From assembly GCA_017499595.2 (NCBI GenBank), contig CM039002.1, positions 2,914,001 through 2,978,000 of the forward strand: DNA of 64,000 nt, read 5' to 3'. The first letter of the stretch is position 1. Each line of letters starts with the position of its first letter. The position numbers and the translations under genes were made by a program. This stretch comes from Psilocybe cubensis (taxonomy: Eukaryota). Below the pieces are notes generated by a model that was given only the letters and a program-made list of their open reading frames with translations, did not search any database and had not been told where the DNA came from. Of this stretch, positions 35,823 to 48,159 are shown in pieces.

Positions 35823-36370
35823 CCGCCAGATTTCGATGCTCGGCTTTCGAATCGTGCTTTCCACTAGAGTTATCACTTTACAGGACTTTTCATAATGGGC
35901 AACTGTTTCTAAGGGCAAAACCCGCGAACAAACGCCCAAACGTCCACCGTTTTGCCTGTCTTTTGCTTCAAATCTTCTCATAACGCTCTGAAAATGACCA
36001 TATAGTCTCTGATCTGTATAATGAAACAATTTAAACAGTTACATTTAGTATCAGCGATTTAGGTATTGTATCTGTTGGATCTTGTTCTACAGCAAAATTG
36101 CGGCGTAGTTATTATTTTCCTCGGCAAACCCTAACCTCAACGACACCGATATCGTAACCTGCAAAATTTGGGGTAAATCTTTTTTATGAATGTCAAGGGT
36201 TTTCTCCCAACCGTATTTTGCTCTTCTTTCTTTTGTATTTATCGCTTCGGAAAGCCCCAAGAGCTCCATGTTTTAACGCCACGGCAATAAGACCCGACGG
36301 CAGCCGAAACCGGGGGTTATATTAGGACCAGAGTTTTTCGTCTTTTCTTGCTTTCTTCCTCACTTTCAAA

Positions 36371-37816
36371 ATGGAATCCAGGAGTGCACTGGCGGGAAAG
36401 CTTCAAGCTGCATTATCGTCTAGAGACGAGAGATGGATCCGTCGACGACTTCCAGATCCAAACACATCATCCTCGAATTCGCCGTTGATCGACTTTAACT
36501 CAAATGATTATCTATCTCTCTCAGCCTCATCAAAGTTGCGTTCCCACTTTCTCAACAAGCTCGCAGAGTCCCCTGACGTGCTAGGATCTGGGGGATCGAG
36601 GCTGCTTGTTAATGGACGCGCTCACGCAGCGTTGGAAGCTCGTCTGGCCGAATTTTTTCGCTCAGAGACCGCCCTCTTGTTCAACTCCGGGTTCGACGCC
36701 AACGTCGGATTCTTCTCGTGTATTCCTCAAGCGGGGGATGTGGTGGTCTACGATGAGTACATACACGCATCTGTCCACGACGGCGTTCGATCTTCGCGTG
36801 CCAGGGATGCCCAGTACTCGTTCAACCATAACTCGATGACCGACCTCCGGCAAGTTTTGTACCGTTTGAGGGAGGAAAAGGCCGCTTTGCGTACTGCAAA
36901 AAGCAGTCTGTTTCTCGCGGTGGAAAGCTTGTACAGCATGGATGGAACGTTTGCGCCATTGAAGGAGATTGCGGACATATTGGACGAGGTTTTCCCTCTC
37001 AAAAATGGATATCTGGTGGTGGATGAGGCTCACTGTACCGGGATATATGGACCACAAGGCAGGGGACGCGTTGCTATGCTCGGATTGGAGGGCAGAGTAC
37101 TGGCGAGGTTGCATACATTCGGAAAAGCACTGGCTGCGACAGGAGGTACGCATCTTTCTCTATTCCTCAATCGGTTTCTCATGTGGGGTCGCCTTTCAGC
37201 GGTGGTAATCACAAATACCCTTATTAGAGATTATCTATTAAATTACGCGCGATCGCTTATTTATACTACATCTCTCAGCTATGCGAACATAGTAGCTGCA
37301 GACTGTTCCTTTGATATGTTAATTGACGGCACTGCTCAGCACGTAAGTCGTTATATTTCTCCACCAACATCTTCAGGCTAATTGCAAAACTAGTTGTCCA
37401 ACCATCTGTTCGAACTATCCACGTACTTTACCGATACTCTCCGTCCCCTCCTCATATCCAAAAATATCCCGGCAGCGCTTGTCTCCTTGCCATCCCACCT
37501 TCATCTCCCGCCCGCATCCTCCCCACAACCCCCTTCCCCGATCATACCCGTTCTAACTCCCCATCCACGCCCACTCTCCGCGTATCTCCTCGCCCTGGGC
37601 ATGAATGCACGACCTATCACCTGGCCGACGGTGCCCAAGGGAAAAGACCGCGTGAGGGTGTGTTTGCACGCAGGAAACACCAAACAGGATGTGGATGCCT
37701 TAATTAAGGGGATCGTGGCGTGGGCACTGGAGACTATGAAAGGGGACTCGTCTGACAAGGCTATTCTATCGACTAGAAAGGTTGCGCTCCATGGACTATT
37801 AGAGAGCAAATTGTGA
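36371..37816 (+). CDS. bioF: 8-amino-7-oxononanoate synthase (class II PLP-dependent aminotransferase family)
   Basis: DFNSNDYLSL, GSGGSRLL, FNSGFDAN, DEYIHASVHDG, ESLYSMDG, VDEAH, HTFGKAL, PTVPKGKDRVRVCLH. Two introns. Confidence 0.92.
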
Positions 37817-38307
37817 CGGAACATGTATGATTATTCTACTTCTCGGAGATGCTTTTAATTGATCAAAGATAGTGACTTTTATCGCGGCAGTGAGAAGCGA
37901 ATGTTTTGTTCAGAGCAACTATTAACCCCTATTCGACACGACGAACAATCCGTCTAAAAATAGTCGGCATAGTATTTGCTTCCGAGTCTCTGTTTCGTAT
38001 GGAATCGAGGCAGGCTAGTTCAGTGTGAATGTAGCTGATTGAGGTATACGTTAAGTTCGGTTGAATGCCACCCGTTATCACGACAGAAATGAAAAGAGAA
38101 GTGTCTGCTGACCATCTATGGTTTACTTGAATACAACCCTGGACTCTCGAAACCAGCTTTTCGATGATCAAAGATGTCTCGCATTGCCCCATGTTGATCT
38201 GTGACGTAGACGTATAGACATCGTGAAACAGTTTCGCATGCCGCATATAAAAATCACACTTCAGCCACTTTCCAGATTGAAGAAACACATACGAAACCGT
38301 TAAAGCC

Positions 38308-38895
38308 ATGTCGATTTTCTACTACGAGCCCTTTTACGACTTCGAACAATTCCTCGACAATGCACTCACTACTCGCTCCAAACCAGAAGGGGCGATCCAG
38401 CTACGTTCGAAAGAAGGAGACAACAGTATCACCACATTGAGGCCCAGGTATGTGTTTGTTTCGTTGTTAAAGAATACCGGTTTACAGTCCTATCATCCGA
38501 TACAGAATGGACCTTCATGAAGACTCCAAACAGAACATCGTGACTGCTACTTTTGAACTTCCCGGTCTCAAGAAAGAGGACGTTGACATCCAGGTCAACA
38601 ATAATCGTTTGACCATCTCCGGTGAAAGCAAAATATCTACTGAGAAGGAAGAAAACGGATATGTCGCCAGAGAGAGGCGGTTCGGGAAGTTTTCGAGGAC
38701 ACTCCAGCTTCCTCATGGCGTCGAGGTCCGTCGGTGTTGCTGTATTTGCAACATTTTTTTCGCTCACGTCAATTTCCTGGTTTTTTACAGGACAAACAAA
38801 TCAAAGCTGGGTTGGACAATGGTGTGCTTACTGTCACTTTCCCCAAGTCTGTCGCTCCGAAGGCGCAGGAATCGAAGAAAATTACCATTAATTAG
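38308..38895 (+). CDS. Small heat-shock protein (HSP20/alpha-crystallin family)
   Basis: LRPRMDLHED, TATFELPGLKKEDVDIQV, RERRFGKFSRTLQLP, IKAGLDNGVLTVTFPK. Two introns; TATAAAA at ~38246. Confidence 0.95.
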
Positions 38896-39193
38896 TAATT
38901 TCTGCACTTGCTTCATCAATTTCCCATCCCTCTTAAGTCGTTTGTAAACGAGTTTTAATGGTACATTGAACGCATACATTTAAGCTCATGTTAATGGTTC
39001 ATAGTATGTTCATGGTTACACAAGATCAGTGGGACATTGAGTGGAGAATCATCTATTTGCCAACAATGGCGAATAGAATTCAGAGCTTCCGTCATTCTCA
39101 CACGCCGGGTGCCTAGTTCGTTTGTTACGTTAGTTTGCCGTTGCAACACAACCACAACATAAGTGCCCTTCCTCTATCATACCTGGGCTCACC

Positions 39194-40483
39194 ATGTCCT
39201 CCGACACTGAAGAATTCTACTTGATTCGTGAGTGGGAGCAGTTCTGGGTTGATATTCAGCCATTTCTCCTGCAACGAGGTTACCGACTACGACCGAGATA
39301 TAATCCGAACTGGAAACCGTCATGGTTGCAAGGTAAGGCCGGAAAGCACCCTGTTTTGTGTGAGGACGGTATACTTGCAGTTGAGTCCAATCTGAAGTTG
39401 TTTCGATGTGTTCAAATTGTTTCTCAACGTTGCTTCAAAGAGGGGAGAAACCGTGATCGACGCAATCAGACTGGAGAACGGTCAGAAGGTTGTTCTCAAG
39501 AAAGTAGAAACAGCGTCGCAAGAGATTTCGTTCGCCACGGCATTTTCCTCCAAAGAGTGGAAAAAGGATCCAAGGAATTGCTGTGTTCCAATACTAGACG
39601 TCGTCATGATCCCATGCGATGACGACCATGCTCTCATTGTCATGCCTCAACTTTTAGCTTTCCATTTGCTTCCATTCAGGTTTCTTGGAGAATTCTGTGA
39701 ATTTGCATTACAAGTACTGCAAGTAAGTTTTTCTTCTTGCTAGGAAATGGATTCGATACTCACCAACGTATACAGGGACTTGAGTTTTTGCACGAGCGTA
39801 CAATAGCTCACAGGCGAGTCTTGTATAGCTTACGCTTACCGCAAATTCTCATGTAAATAATCACCAGGGATATCTGCTGGGGTAACATAATGATGGACCC
39901 TTCAAAGGTTATTCCCAAGGGAAACCATTTTATACGTTGGGACTCTCATACAGGGAAGCCATTCAAAAAGTTTGAATGGAAGACACGGTGGTCTGTAAAG
40001 CCTGTGCAATATTACATCATTGATTTTGGGATTTCTGTGAAATGTCTAAACAAAGACGCTCGAGGATTGGGGCAATGGGGTCAAGACAAGACTGTACCAG
40101 AAATGCTGAAGAAAGAATGGTGTAATCTTCTTATGGTTGACATTTACCAGTTGGGAAATGTGTTCAAACAATGCCTCTCGGTACCTCAATAACATTTTGG
40201 TTGACCTGAAACTGACTTGGAACATTAGAATTACCAAGGCCTCGATGTCTTTGCTGAACTAGCTAACGCTATGACGAAGGAAAATCCAAATGAACGGCCC
40301 ACTGCAGTGGAGTCTGTCCGCATGTGTAAGAAGATCATTGATGACGCTACTGGAACGGGGACAATGACCAGTCGCGTATGGCAGCTGAAGAGGCTTATTG
40401 GTGGAAGGTTAGGGTCTGGCCTAATGCTTTCTACAATTGAAAGGCTGAGAGTCAGATGCGGATGCCAGAATCCTCTACTTTGA
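39194..40483 (+). CDS. AgaK1-type protein kinase K5 (intron 3 has a GC donor)
   Basis: Same motifs and exon structure as the other copies; intron 39814-39867 begins GCGAGT. Confidence 0.88.
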
Positions 40484-40599
40484 TTATACTTATCCTATGG
40501 CTAAGGACGGGGGTGCTCAGAGTCACCCAAAATTAGACGCAGCTTATCGGTAGTATTTTTTTGTGTTGTCCTGCTTGTAATCAACAATCAACCTTTTCA

Positions 40600-40695
40600 A
40601 CACGTCAAGTTTCTAATTTTTACAGGATAAATGAATCAGAGCTTGGTTGGACAATGGCGCAGCCTGAATCTAAGAAAATCATGATCAATTATTGA
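40600..40695 (+). pseudogene. Remnant of the last intron and exon of the HSP20 gene
   Basis: cacgtcaa..tttacagGATAAATGAATCAGAGCTTGGTTGGACAATGG..GAATCTAAGAAAAT aligns with 38765-38895, with an internal deletion and a stop. Confidence 0.75.
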
Positions 40696-41018
40696 TCAAT
40701 TACTTTATCTTATAATTCATGTTTTTGACTCCCATGTATATAAAGTCGCGTGTAGATTTAACCCATGATGCATGATCCTTAGTGGTTCCCAGTTTTTAGA
40801 CTAAGGGGAGATAGCTATGTCTAGGTACGCTGCTTTTCTTCATCTAATCGAATTCTGGAACATGTCGGGCTGTTAAGCGGAGTAAAAGCGGGCTTCAAAT
40901 ATTTTGAAATGGAACGCTTACGTCATTACTACTAGTAGTTCACACAGTTCGTAAATGCGTTTGCTGTCGCGATACACCCCCATTCAACGCGCCTTCTCAT
41001 ATTGGGCCTCAACTTATC

Positions 41019-42305
41019 ATGTCCAATTCAATTGAAGCTCTGTATCAAATTCATAGCCATGAAATATTCTGGATCAACATCCAACCATTTCTTCTGCAAC
41101 GAGGGTACCGTCTCCGCCCAAGATATGATCCGAATTGGACACCGTCGTGGCTGCAGGGCAAGTCAGGGAAAAAGCACCCTTCTCCTATCTTGTTCGAAGA
41201 TAGTGTCTGTATAGTTGAGTGGTTTATATTGGTTTTTAAACATATTCAAACAACTATTCATGCTCCAAAGAGCAGAGACATTTTGATAGACGCAACCAGG
41301 CTGGAGAACGGTGAGAAGGTCGTTCTCAAAAAGGTGGAAACAAATTCGCAAGAGATTCCATTTGCCGTGACTTTCTCTTCCAAAGAATGGAAAAAGGATG
41401 TTAGAAATTGCTGTGTTCCGATATTGGACGTCATCATGATTCCATGCGACGATGACCACGCTCTTTTGGTTATGCCCCAGCTTTTAGGCTTCCATTTTCT
41501 CCCTTTCAGGTTTCTCGGTGAATTCTGTCAGTTTACTCTTCAAGTCCTTCAGGTATGTTAGCTTTGCATATTTGAAAGTTGGTTCTGATCGTACCACATA
41601 AGGGACTCGAGTTTTTGCATGAGTATAATATCGTGCATAGGTGAGCCTCTACCCTTTTTATTTAACGTGATCTTGATGTACGTAAATGTCAGGGATATTT
41701 GCTGGGGCAATATACTGATGGACACGTCCAAACTCATTCCGAAAGGTAACCATTTTGTACGATGGGATTCTCACACAGGGAAACTGTTCGAAAAGTTTGA
41801 GTGGAAGACGCGATGGTCCGTAATGCCTATTCAGTACTACATCATCGATTTTGGAATTTCTTTGCAATGCTTATCCAAAGATGCTCGAGGACTTGGACAA
41901 TGGGGTCAAGACCGAACGGTACCAGAAATGCTGAAGAACGAATGGTGCAATCTTTTTATGGTTGACATATATCAGCTGGGAAATGTATTTAAACGATGTA
42001 TCACGGTATGTTACTAATACTTTGGTTGACCTGCAGCTGACATAGAATATTAGAGATACCAAGGCCTCAATGCCTTCATTGAACTAGCCGATGCTATGAC
42101 AAAGGAGAATCCGAACGAACGGCCGACTGCTACAGAATCTGTTCGCATGTGCAAAAAGATTATTGCTGATATAACGGAAGCGGGAAAAATGGCCAAACGT
42201 GTATGGCGACTGGATCAGACATTGGATGGTAGACAAACCTCCGCCCTGATGCTTAGCACCCTCGATCGAATTCAAGTTAGATTAGGATGGAATCCTACAC
42301 TTTGA
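41019..42305 (+). CDS. AgaK1-type protein kinase K6
   Basis: Close inverted paralog of K4; HRD, DFG and the Lys of VVLKK are intact. Confidence 0.9.
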
Positions 42306-42944
42306 ACTATACCAATCCTTCTGCCGGCCTACTGTCCGTGCTGCAAATGCGTTATAAGAGTATTAGCTCTTTTTTTATCTACAATCATATACCATACTAT
42401 CACAGTATCATATTCCTCGGAGAAGAGTTCATGTTCCCACAATGGTAGATCATCAATGCCCATCTCATCGAGAAGGTTTAATTTAGAAAGCAAAATCAGA
42501 TATCGGCAGTATTTCGTTGTCTGCCTTGCCTTTATTCAACTATTTCAATGACATTTCGCAGGGCCAATTCGAACAGGGCAGGGATGCCCCAGATACCTGG
42601 TATCTAGAAAGAAGCAGAACGATTCGAGACATTGATTCACAGAATGGGGTAGACACATAGCCGATATAGAGCCATGATAAGGACAGTAACAGCGGTTGAG
42701 ATATCTGCAAATTCTTGGACGGATGTCCTTTCCGTCGGCCCCCTGACAATAATTGCTTTACTCGTATATCACCGCACAAAAAGAGATGTCTAGTTTTTGA
42801 CATGGGAAGAACATCGGGCAGCCATAGCAATCGATATCATCTGGTGAATATATATCACCGTTACCTTTGACTGCATGCGTCGGAAAATATCAAATCTCCC
42901 TCCCCCTCTCTCAATATTCAAAGACCGTCTATTCGATACGAAAT

Positions 42945-44305
42945 ATGTCACACACAAAGCCTATACCCACCTTAATCAAGAAGCTTACGTCGAAAAAATC
43001 TGTCAAGGATGCCTCCTCTCTACTTAGAACCATCGATCTCTGTATTACAGCTATCAATGCAGTGGAGTCAAACCGAGAGTTGGCAGACCAAAAAATCCTT
43101 GAGTTTCAGATGTATGTTGTCATGAATATCCGTACCTTTCCACACTTCATTCAAATCAAGGCTTCAAAAATCCATCACCGAGCACATTAACACTCTGTCA
43201 AAAAAGATCAGGCCAGCCCAGGTCAAAGACTATGCAAACAAATACAACAGACTCCTGACGAATTATGGTGTATGCCTTTTCTGCCCTGTTGATTTATATC
43301 TTTTCATCCCGATTGACCCAGGAAAGAACTGTGACGAAGAAAGACATTATCCTTACGGCCATTGGGCACCTATGGTTTGGTCCCGGACAACTCATCTTGC
43401 CGGACTCTAGTACCCCTTCCGTAGACGAATCCGCCAGAGAAGAGGTAATGCTTAAGTATTTATATTATCTCTCCGACTCATGATTATATTGCCAGGTTGA
43501 GGATATGGTTGTTGATGCGCTATTAAGGAGTGGTATGTCTCCATGTTGCTCTCATGATACTTCATTTTATTTAGAACCATGTGACAATTCGTCTGAAGGA
43601 TCTGGAGAGGTGGGTCAACTAGTGTCAAATGCTACCTATCTCCATGCGATCTGTTGGTATGGAGTAAGCTCACCGCCTTTCTTCCAGGAGGCGGACGCAA
43701 TCATTAGACAGAGCTTAGAGTCGGTAGAGAGATTTTCTAATGGTAGGTTACTTGATACATGAGTCCCAATTACAAACCTTAATGGCCATACTTTGTGGAC
43801 AGGTTTACGCCATCGCATTGTCTCCTTAGAACCATCCTCGCCAATCTTTCTTGAGCACTTGAACAATGCCCTCGGTACGCCTCAAACTTCTTTTCTCCAA
43901 AAACTTGAAACTTAGTTGCTACCAACAGCCGCATTAGGGTATGAAAGTGAGGAATCAGGTACTCACGACAACATTGAAATTAGTTCTGCAATTAGTGAGA
44001 ATTCTTCTGCTGTCGCCCGGGAAGAATGTGATGGTAAGTGTTATTTGCTACTACTCCTGTCGAAGTTTGTCAACTGACTTTTCCATACCATCCTCCCTAA
44101 TTGTTCTTGACCTTGTACACGAAGTAATTGGTATACTGCATAATTCATTTACCTCCAAACCGGTAAACTTAACAGACTGTGAATAGGCGCGCCAGCAAGA
44201 GACGGCGCTCAGAACGCCATTGCGGACTCACAGTCTATCAGCGAAGAGGGCAGCATATTTCTTCATATTGGCTCCTCCATCAGCGAAACCTCTTCTCTTG
44301 GGTAG
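42945..44305 (+). CDS. Unknown helical protein family copy X3 (about 9 exons)
   Basis: MSHTKPIPTLIKKL...IDLCITAINAVESNRELADQKILEF / LQKSITEHI...YNRLLTNYG / ...AIGHLWFGPGQL, then short acidic exons ending ...SISEEGSIFLHIGSSISETSSLG*. Confidence 0.75.
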
Positions 44306-44643
44306 CGTGAAGCATAAATTGGTAGGCAGTGTTTTACTACTACCCAGTGCCTTATGCGGTCGATGGTCAATTAAATTTTGCTCTTAGATTGAAGGATATA
44401 TGGATACTAGAGATATTAATCTATGTAAGAAGAGAAAAGGGGTGAATACTGCATAGTTCATGGGTGTCATCCATTCGCCGAATTTTGATTTCTTTTCCTT
44501 TTCTTCTCTTTCGTCTACTTAAGTCTAAAATATGAATTTTTTGTTTGAACGAGTTAAAAACTACAATGCGGTTTTGTCTCGTATTTAAAGGTCAGATTTA
44601 TGTTACTTAAACACCGTATGCCCTTACCAGTGTCAGAAGCCGA

Positions 44644-44890
44644 TTACTCAGAGAAGCCACAGCCGTAGTCTCGGGCATCATAACCGCCTTTAGAGGACTT
44701 ATATTTGTCGTCATACCTCCTCGACGACGACTTGTGTTTATCGCGTGAGCTATAGTATTCGTCGTCGCGTCTATCTCGTTTGCGTCGTCGATCATGATCT
44801 TAGTCCCAATCACGATCCCCGTTCGCGTTCTCTGTTCCGTTCGCGTTCGCCGTCGGAGTCACGCCGCGAGCGCTCGCGACCTGCGTAGTG
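44644..44890 (-). pseudogene. Frameshifted fragment encoding an Arg/Asp/Glu/Ser-rich (RD/RS-type) C-terminus
   Basis: The minus strand reads GRERSRRDSDGERERNRERER, then after a frameshift DRDWD*DHDRRRKRDRRDDEYYSSRDKHKSSSRRYDDKYKSSK. It abuts the K7 duplication boundary. Confidence 0.6.
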
Positions 44891-44964
44891 TGGGAATTAT
44901 GGGTCAAGGTTTGTAACGTCAAGTTGTCGAAACGTTTACACTCACAATTTAAACTTCGTCGAGC

Positions 44965-46250
44965 ATGTCTTCCCTATCTGATGAGTTCTTTCTGATTCGT
45001 GAGTGGGAGCAGTTCTGGGTCGATATTCAGCCATTTCTGCTGCAACGAGGTTACCGTCTACGACCAAGATATGATCCAAACTGGAAGCCATCATGGCTGC
45101 AGGTCAAGCCTGGTAAGGACCCTAATCCCTTGCTGTTCGAAGACAGCCTATTTTCAGTTGAGTCCTTTATTTTTTATTATGTATACCAACCGTTTATCAA
45201 CGATGCTTCAAGAAGGGAGACATTTTGATCGACGCAATTAGAATGGAGGACGGTCAGAAGGTTGTTCTCAAGAAAGTAGAAACAGCGACGCAAGAGATTC
45301 CATTTGCCACGACGTTTTCCTCAAAAGAGTGGAAGAAGGATCCCAGGAACTGCTGTGTTCCGATATTGGACGTCATCATGATCCCATGCGACGATGACCA
45401 TGCTTTCATCGTGATGCCTCAGCTTTTAGCCTTCCATCTGCTTCCATTCAGGTTTCTTGGAGAATTTTGCGAGTTTGCCTTACAAGTATTGCAGGTAAGT
45501 CGGTGCTTTATACTAGGACTTGACGTTCGTACTCAACAACGTACAGGGACTTGAGTTCCTACATGACCATAACATAGCTCATGGGTAAGCCCTATATTGC
45601 CACACTTTCTGTGAATGCTTATATGGATAAACACTAGGGATATTTGCTGGGGTAACATAATGATGGACCCTTCAAAGGTCATCCCTAAGGGGACACATTT
45701 TGTTCTTTGGCAATCTCATACAGGGAAGCCATTCAAAAAGTTTGAATGGAAGACACGGTGGTCTGTGAAGCCTGTTCAATACTACATCATTGATTTTGGA
45801 ATTTCTATGAAATGCCTGGACAAAGATGCTCAAGGCTTGGGGCAATGGGGTCAAGACAAGACTGTACCAGAAATGCTGAAGAACGAATGGTGCAATCTTC
45901 TTATGGTTGACATTTACCAGTTGGGAAATGTGTTCAAACAATGCCTCTCGGTACGTTACCAAGATTCTGAATGACCTGAAGCTGACCTGGCATGTCAGAC
46001 TTACCAAGGCCTCGATGCCTTTGCTGAACTAGCTGACGCTATGACGAAGCAGAATCCAAATGAACGGCCCACTGCTGCGGAGTCTGTCCGCATGTGCAAG
46101 AAGATTATCGCTGACACGACAGGAACGGATAATATGACCAATCGCGTATGGAAGATCAAAAGACTAGTCGATGGAAAGTTAGGCTCTGGCTTAATGCTTA
46201 CAAAACTTGAGAGGATGAGAGTCAGATGTGGATGGAATCCTACCATTTGA
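44965..46250 (+). CDS. AgaK1-type protein kinase K7 (catalytic loop HGD)
   Basis: Inverted paralog of K2; CAT-GG|G-GAT across intron 45585-45637. Confidence 0.9.
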
Positions 46251-46534
46251 ATAATCACGATCCAGATTGCATTCGTTTCTAAATTCATTAACATACCTCT
46301 GGTATCACAAGTTGACAGATAGACTCGCGTAGGACATAAATAGCATACCAGGCGCCTAATTCTGATGTACACATATCACAAAACAGATTCAGAATGGATA
46401 TCTAACCGCCAATCAACACTGGGAAAAGTACATTAATTGATGTGTTTCCACGCATTTTCTTGATGAAAATGGTATCATTTCGATACATGCAAAACGGTGT
46501 ATGTAGGACGGCGGGGAGCATAATAACTTGACAC

Positions 46535-47951
46535 TTAAAGACAAAACGGCGTTGTTGCAATAATTCCAAAATACTTGACAAGATTATTGAGATGATACCC
46601 AATGTTCACCGATGTTTCTATTACTCACATTGGTGTGTGCTAATGTGACGCCTTGAGAAGGGACCGAGGCGGAGCAAATTGGATCTTCGCCATCGGCACT
46701 ACACTTTGCGGTTGTATCCCCTGATGGTGGATGCGTATATTGCCAATACTCAACGCCTAATTTCACAGATTAGTTGAGATAATCAAAAAAATTCAGTTAC
46801 TTGCCATGGTGGTGATAACCTAGCATTCTGGGGATCATCGTAGGGACGCTGTGTATTATATTTGATTAATTGAACCCTCATAGGTAGGATAGGACATGTT
46901 TCTCACCCATCATCTCCATGGACGACTGTTAGCAGCGAGCTGGTTATCGATGCTTAATTTCAGAGTAGGTAGTGCTTGTACAAACCTCGATACGCATTTT
47001 CGCCGAATGTAGCATTCACATAATCAGCGAATATCTTGTTCTACGACAATTCTTCAGTGAAAGAATCATTCGGAAATGAGAGGCGATTCACGTACCCCGG
47101 AGCGCGGTGAACCATATGAATAAGTTCGAACATGCCTATGTTGACATTCAATACGTTTCCAAAGATAAATATATGATCCCTGACGTGGTATTGAACTTCT
47201 GCTGTAGATTGACTGCAGCAAAGAGTGCCATAGCACCGCCCAGCGAGTGTCCAACTGTGATGATCGAATACCCGGGGTTTTCTTCCATCTGTTTCTCAAC
47301 TACGAGGATAACTTGAAAAGCGACAGATTCCCAGCTACAGATACTCAGACTTGAGCGAATCTCCCGATGGAGGTGTCTTACGCAAAAAGAAAGCCTGAAT
47401 GGACTTTGGCGCTTGCTATAATGTTGAGGTCTTGGTTAAGACGTTTTGTTCCAGGTTCCGGAGCTATACTGTACCTGGCAGTTTCACTCCAGGTCCGACG
47501 AATGGAACCAAAGCAACCTGGGAATCCAACAATATATCCATGAGCGAGGCACTATTATATCATTGGGGTAAGCAAAGTAATGAATGAATTGTTACACTGC
47601 CATTGACCTTCCCCTCAAGGAAACGATGATCTCCTGTCGTTGATCATCGCGAGCGACAAATCCTTGAATGTCCGTTAGTGGGTTGGATATCTGTCCATAA
47701 ACATTCTTTCATCTGAGACAGGAGGTTTCGAGGAACTAAACCATGCAAACCGTCATAACAAGGTGCTTTCCGTTAGGACGTGGGCATATCATACTATACG
47801 CAGACGACGCGTATTTGAAGTAATGGACCAAGTCATCATACAATTCTACAATCAATCATCAGAGCAAGCATTTTGGACGTGGATGCAAAGGCATACCTTC
47901 GGATATGGATGTGAGGCCTCTCCTCTTGAACTCTTCAACTGTAGTGTCCAT
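46535..47951 (-). CDS. Class 3 lipase (alpha/beta hydrolase)
   Basis: LVHYFKYASSAY, GFVARDD..EIIVSLRG, VGHSLGG nucleophile elbow, YSYGSPRSG, GVEYWQ..EDPICSAS..H..YFGI..PFCL*. Start provisional. Confidence 0.85.
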
Positions 47952-48159
47952 GATGTCACCCTATTTCATCCAGATGGGGCGATCTTCCCTCGTTCGTGGT
48001 GGTAAGAGTCCAAGAGAGAAGCGAAGGTTCCGTTCCGGGAATTGATCGGCCCCGCACTGGCATTTAATGAAAGGAAGATTCCGAACATCGGTTAATGACA
48101 AGGCGAACTTGTCTTCATCATGGTCGAATCTACGCAAAAACATAGTATACACACAATTT

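Noticed and set aside
37850-38300. Heat-shock elements upstream of HSP20
   Set aside because: Only scattered GAA/TTC units; no clean triple nGAAn array seen.
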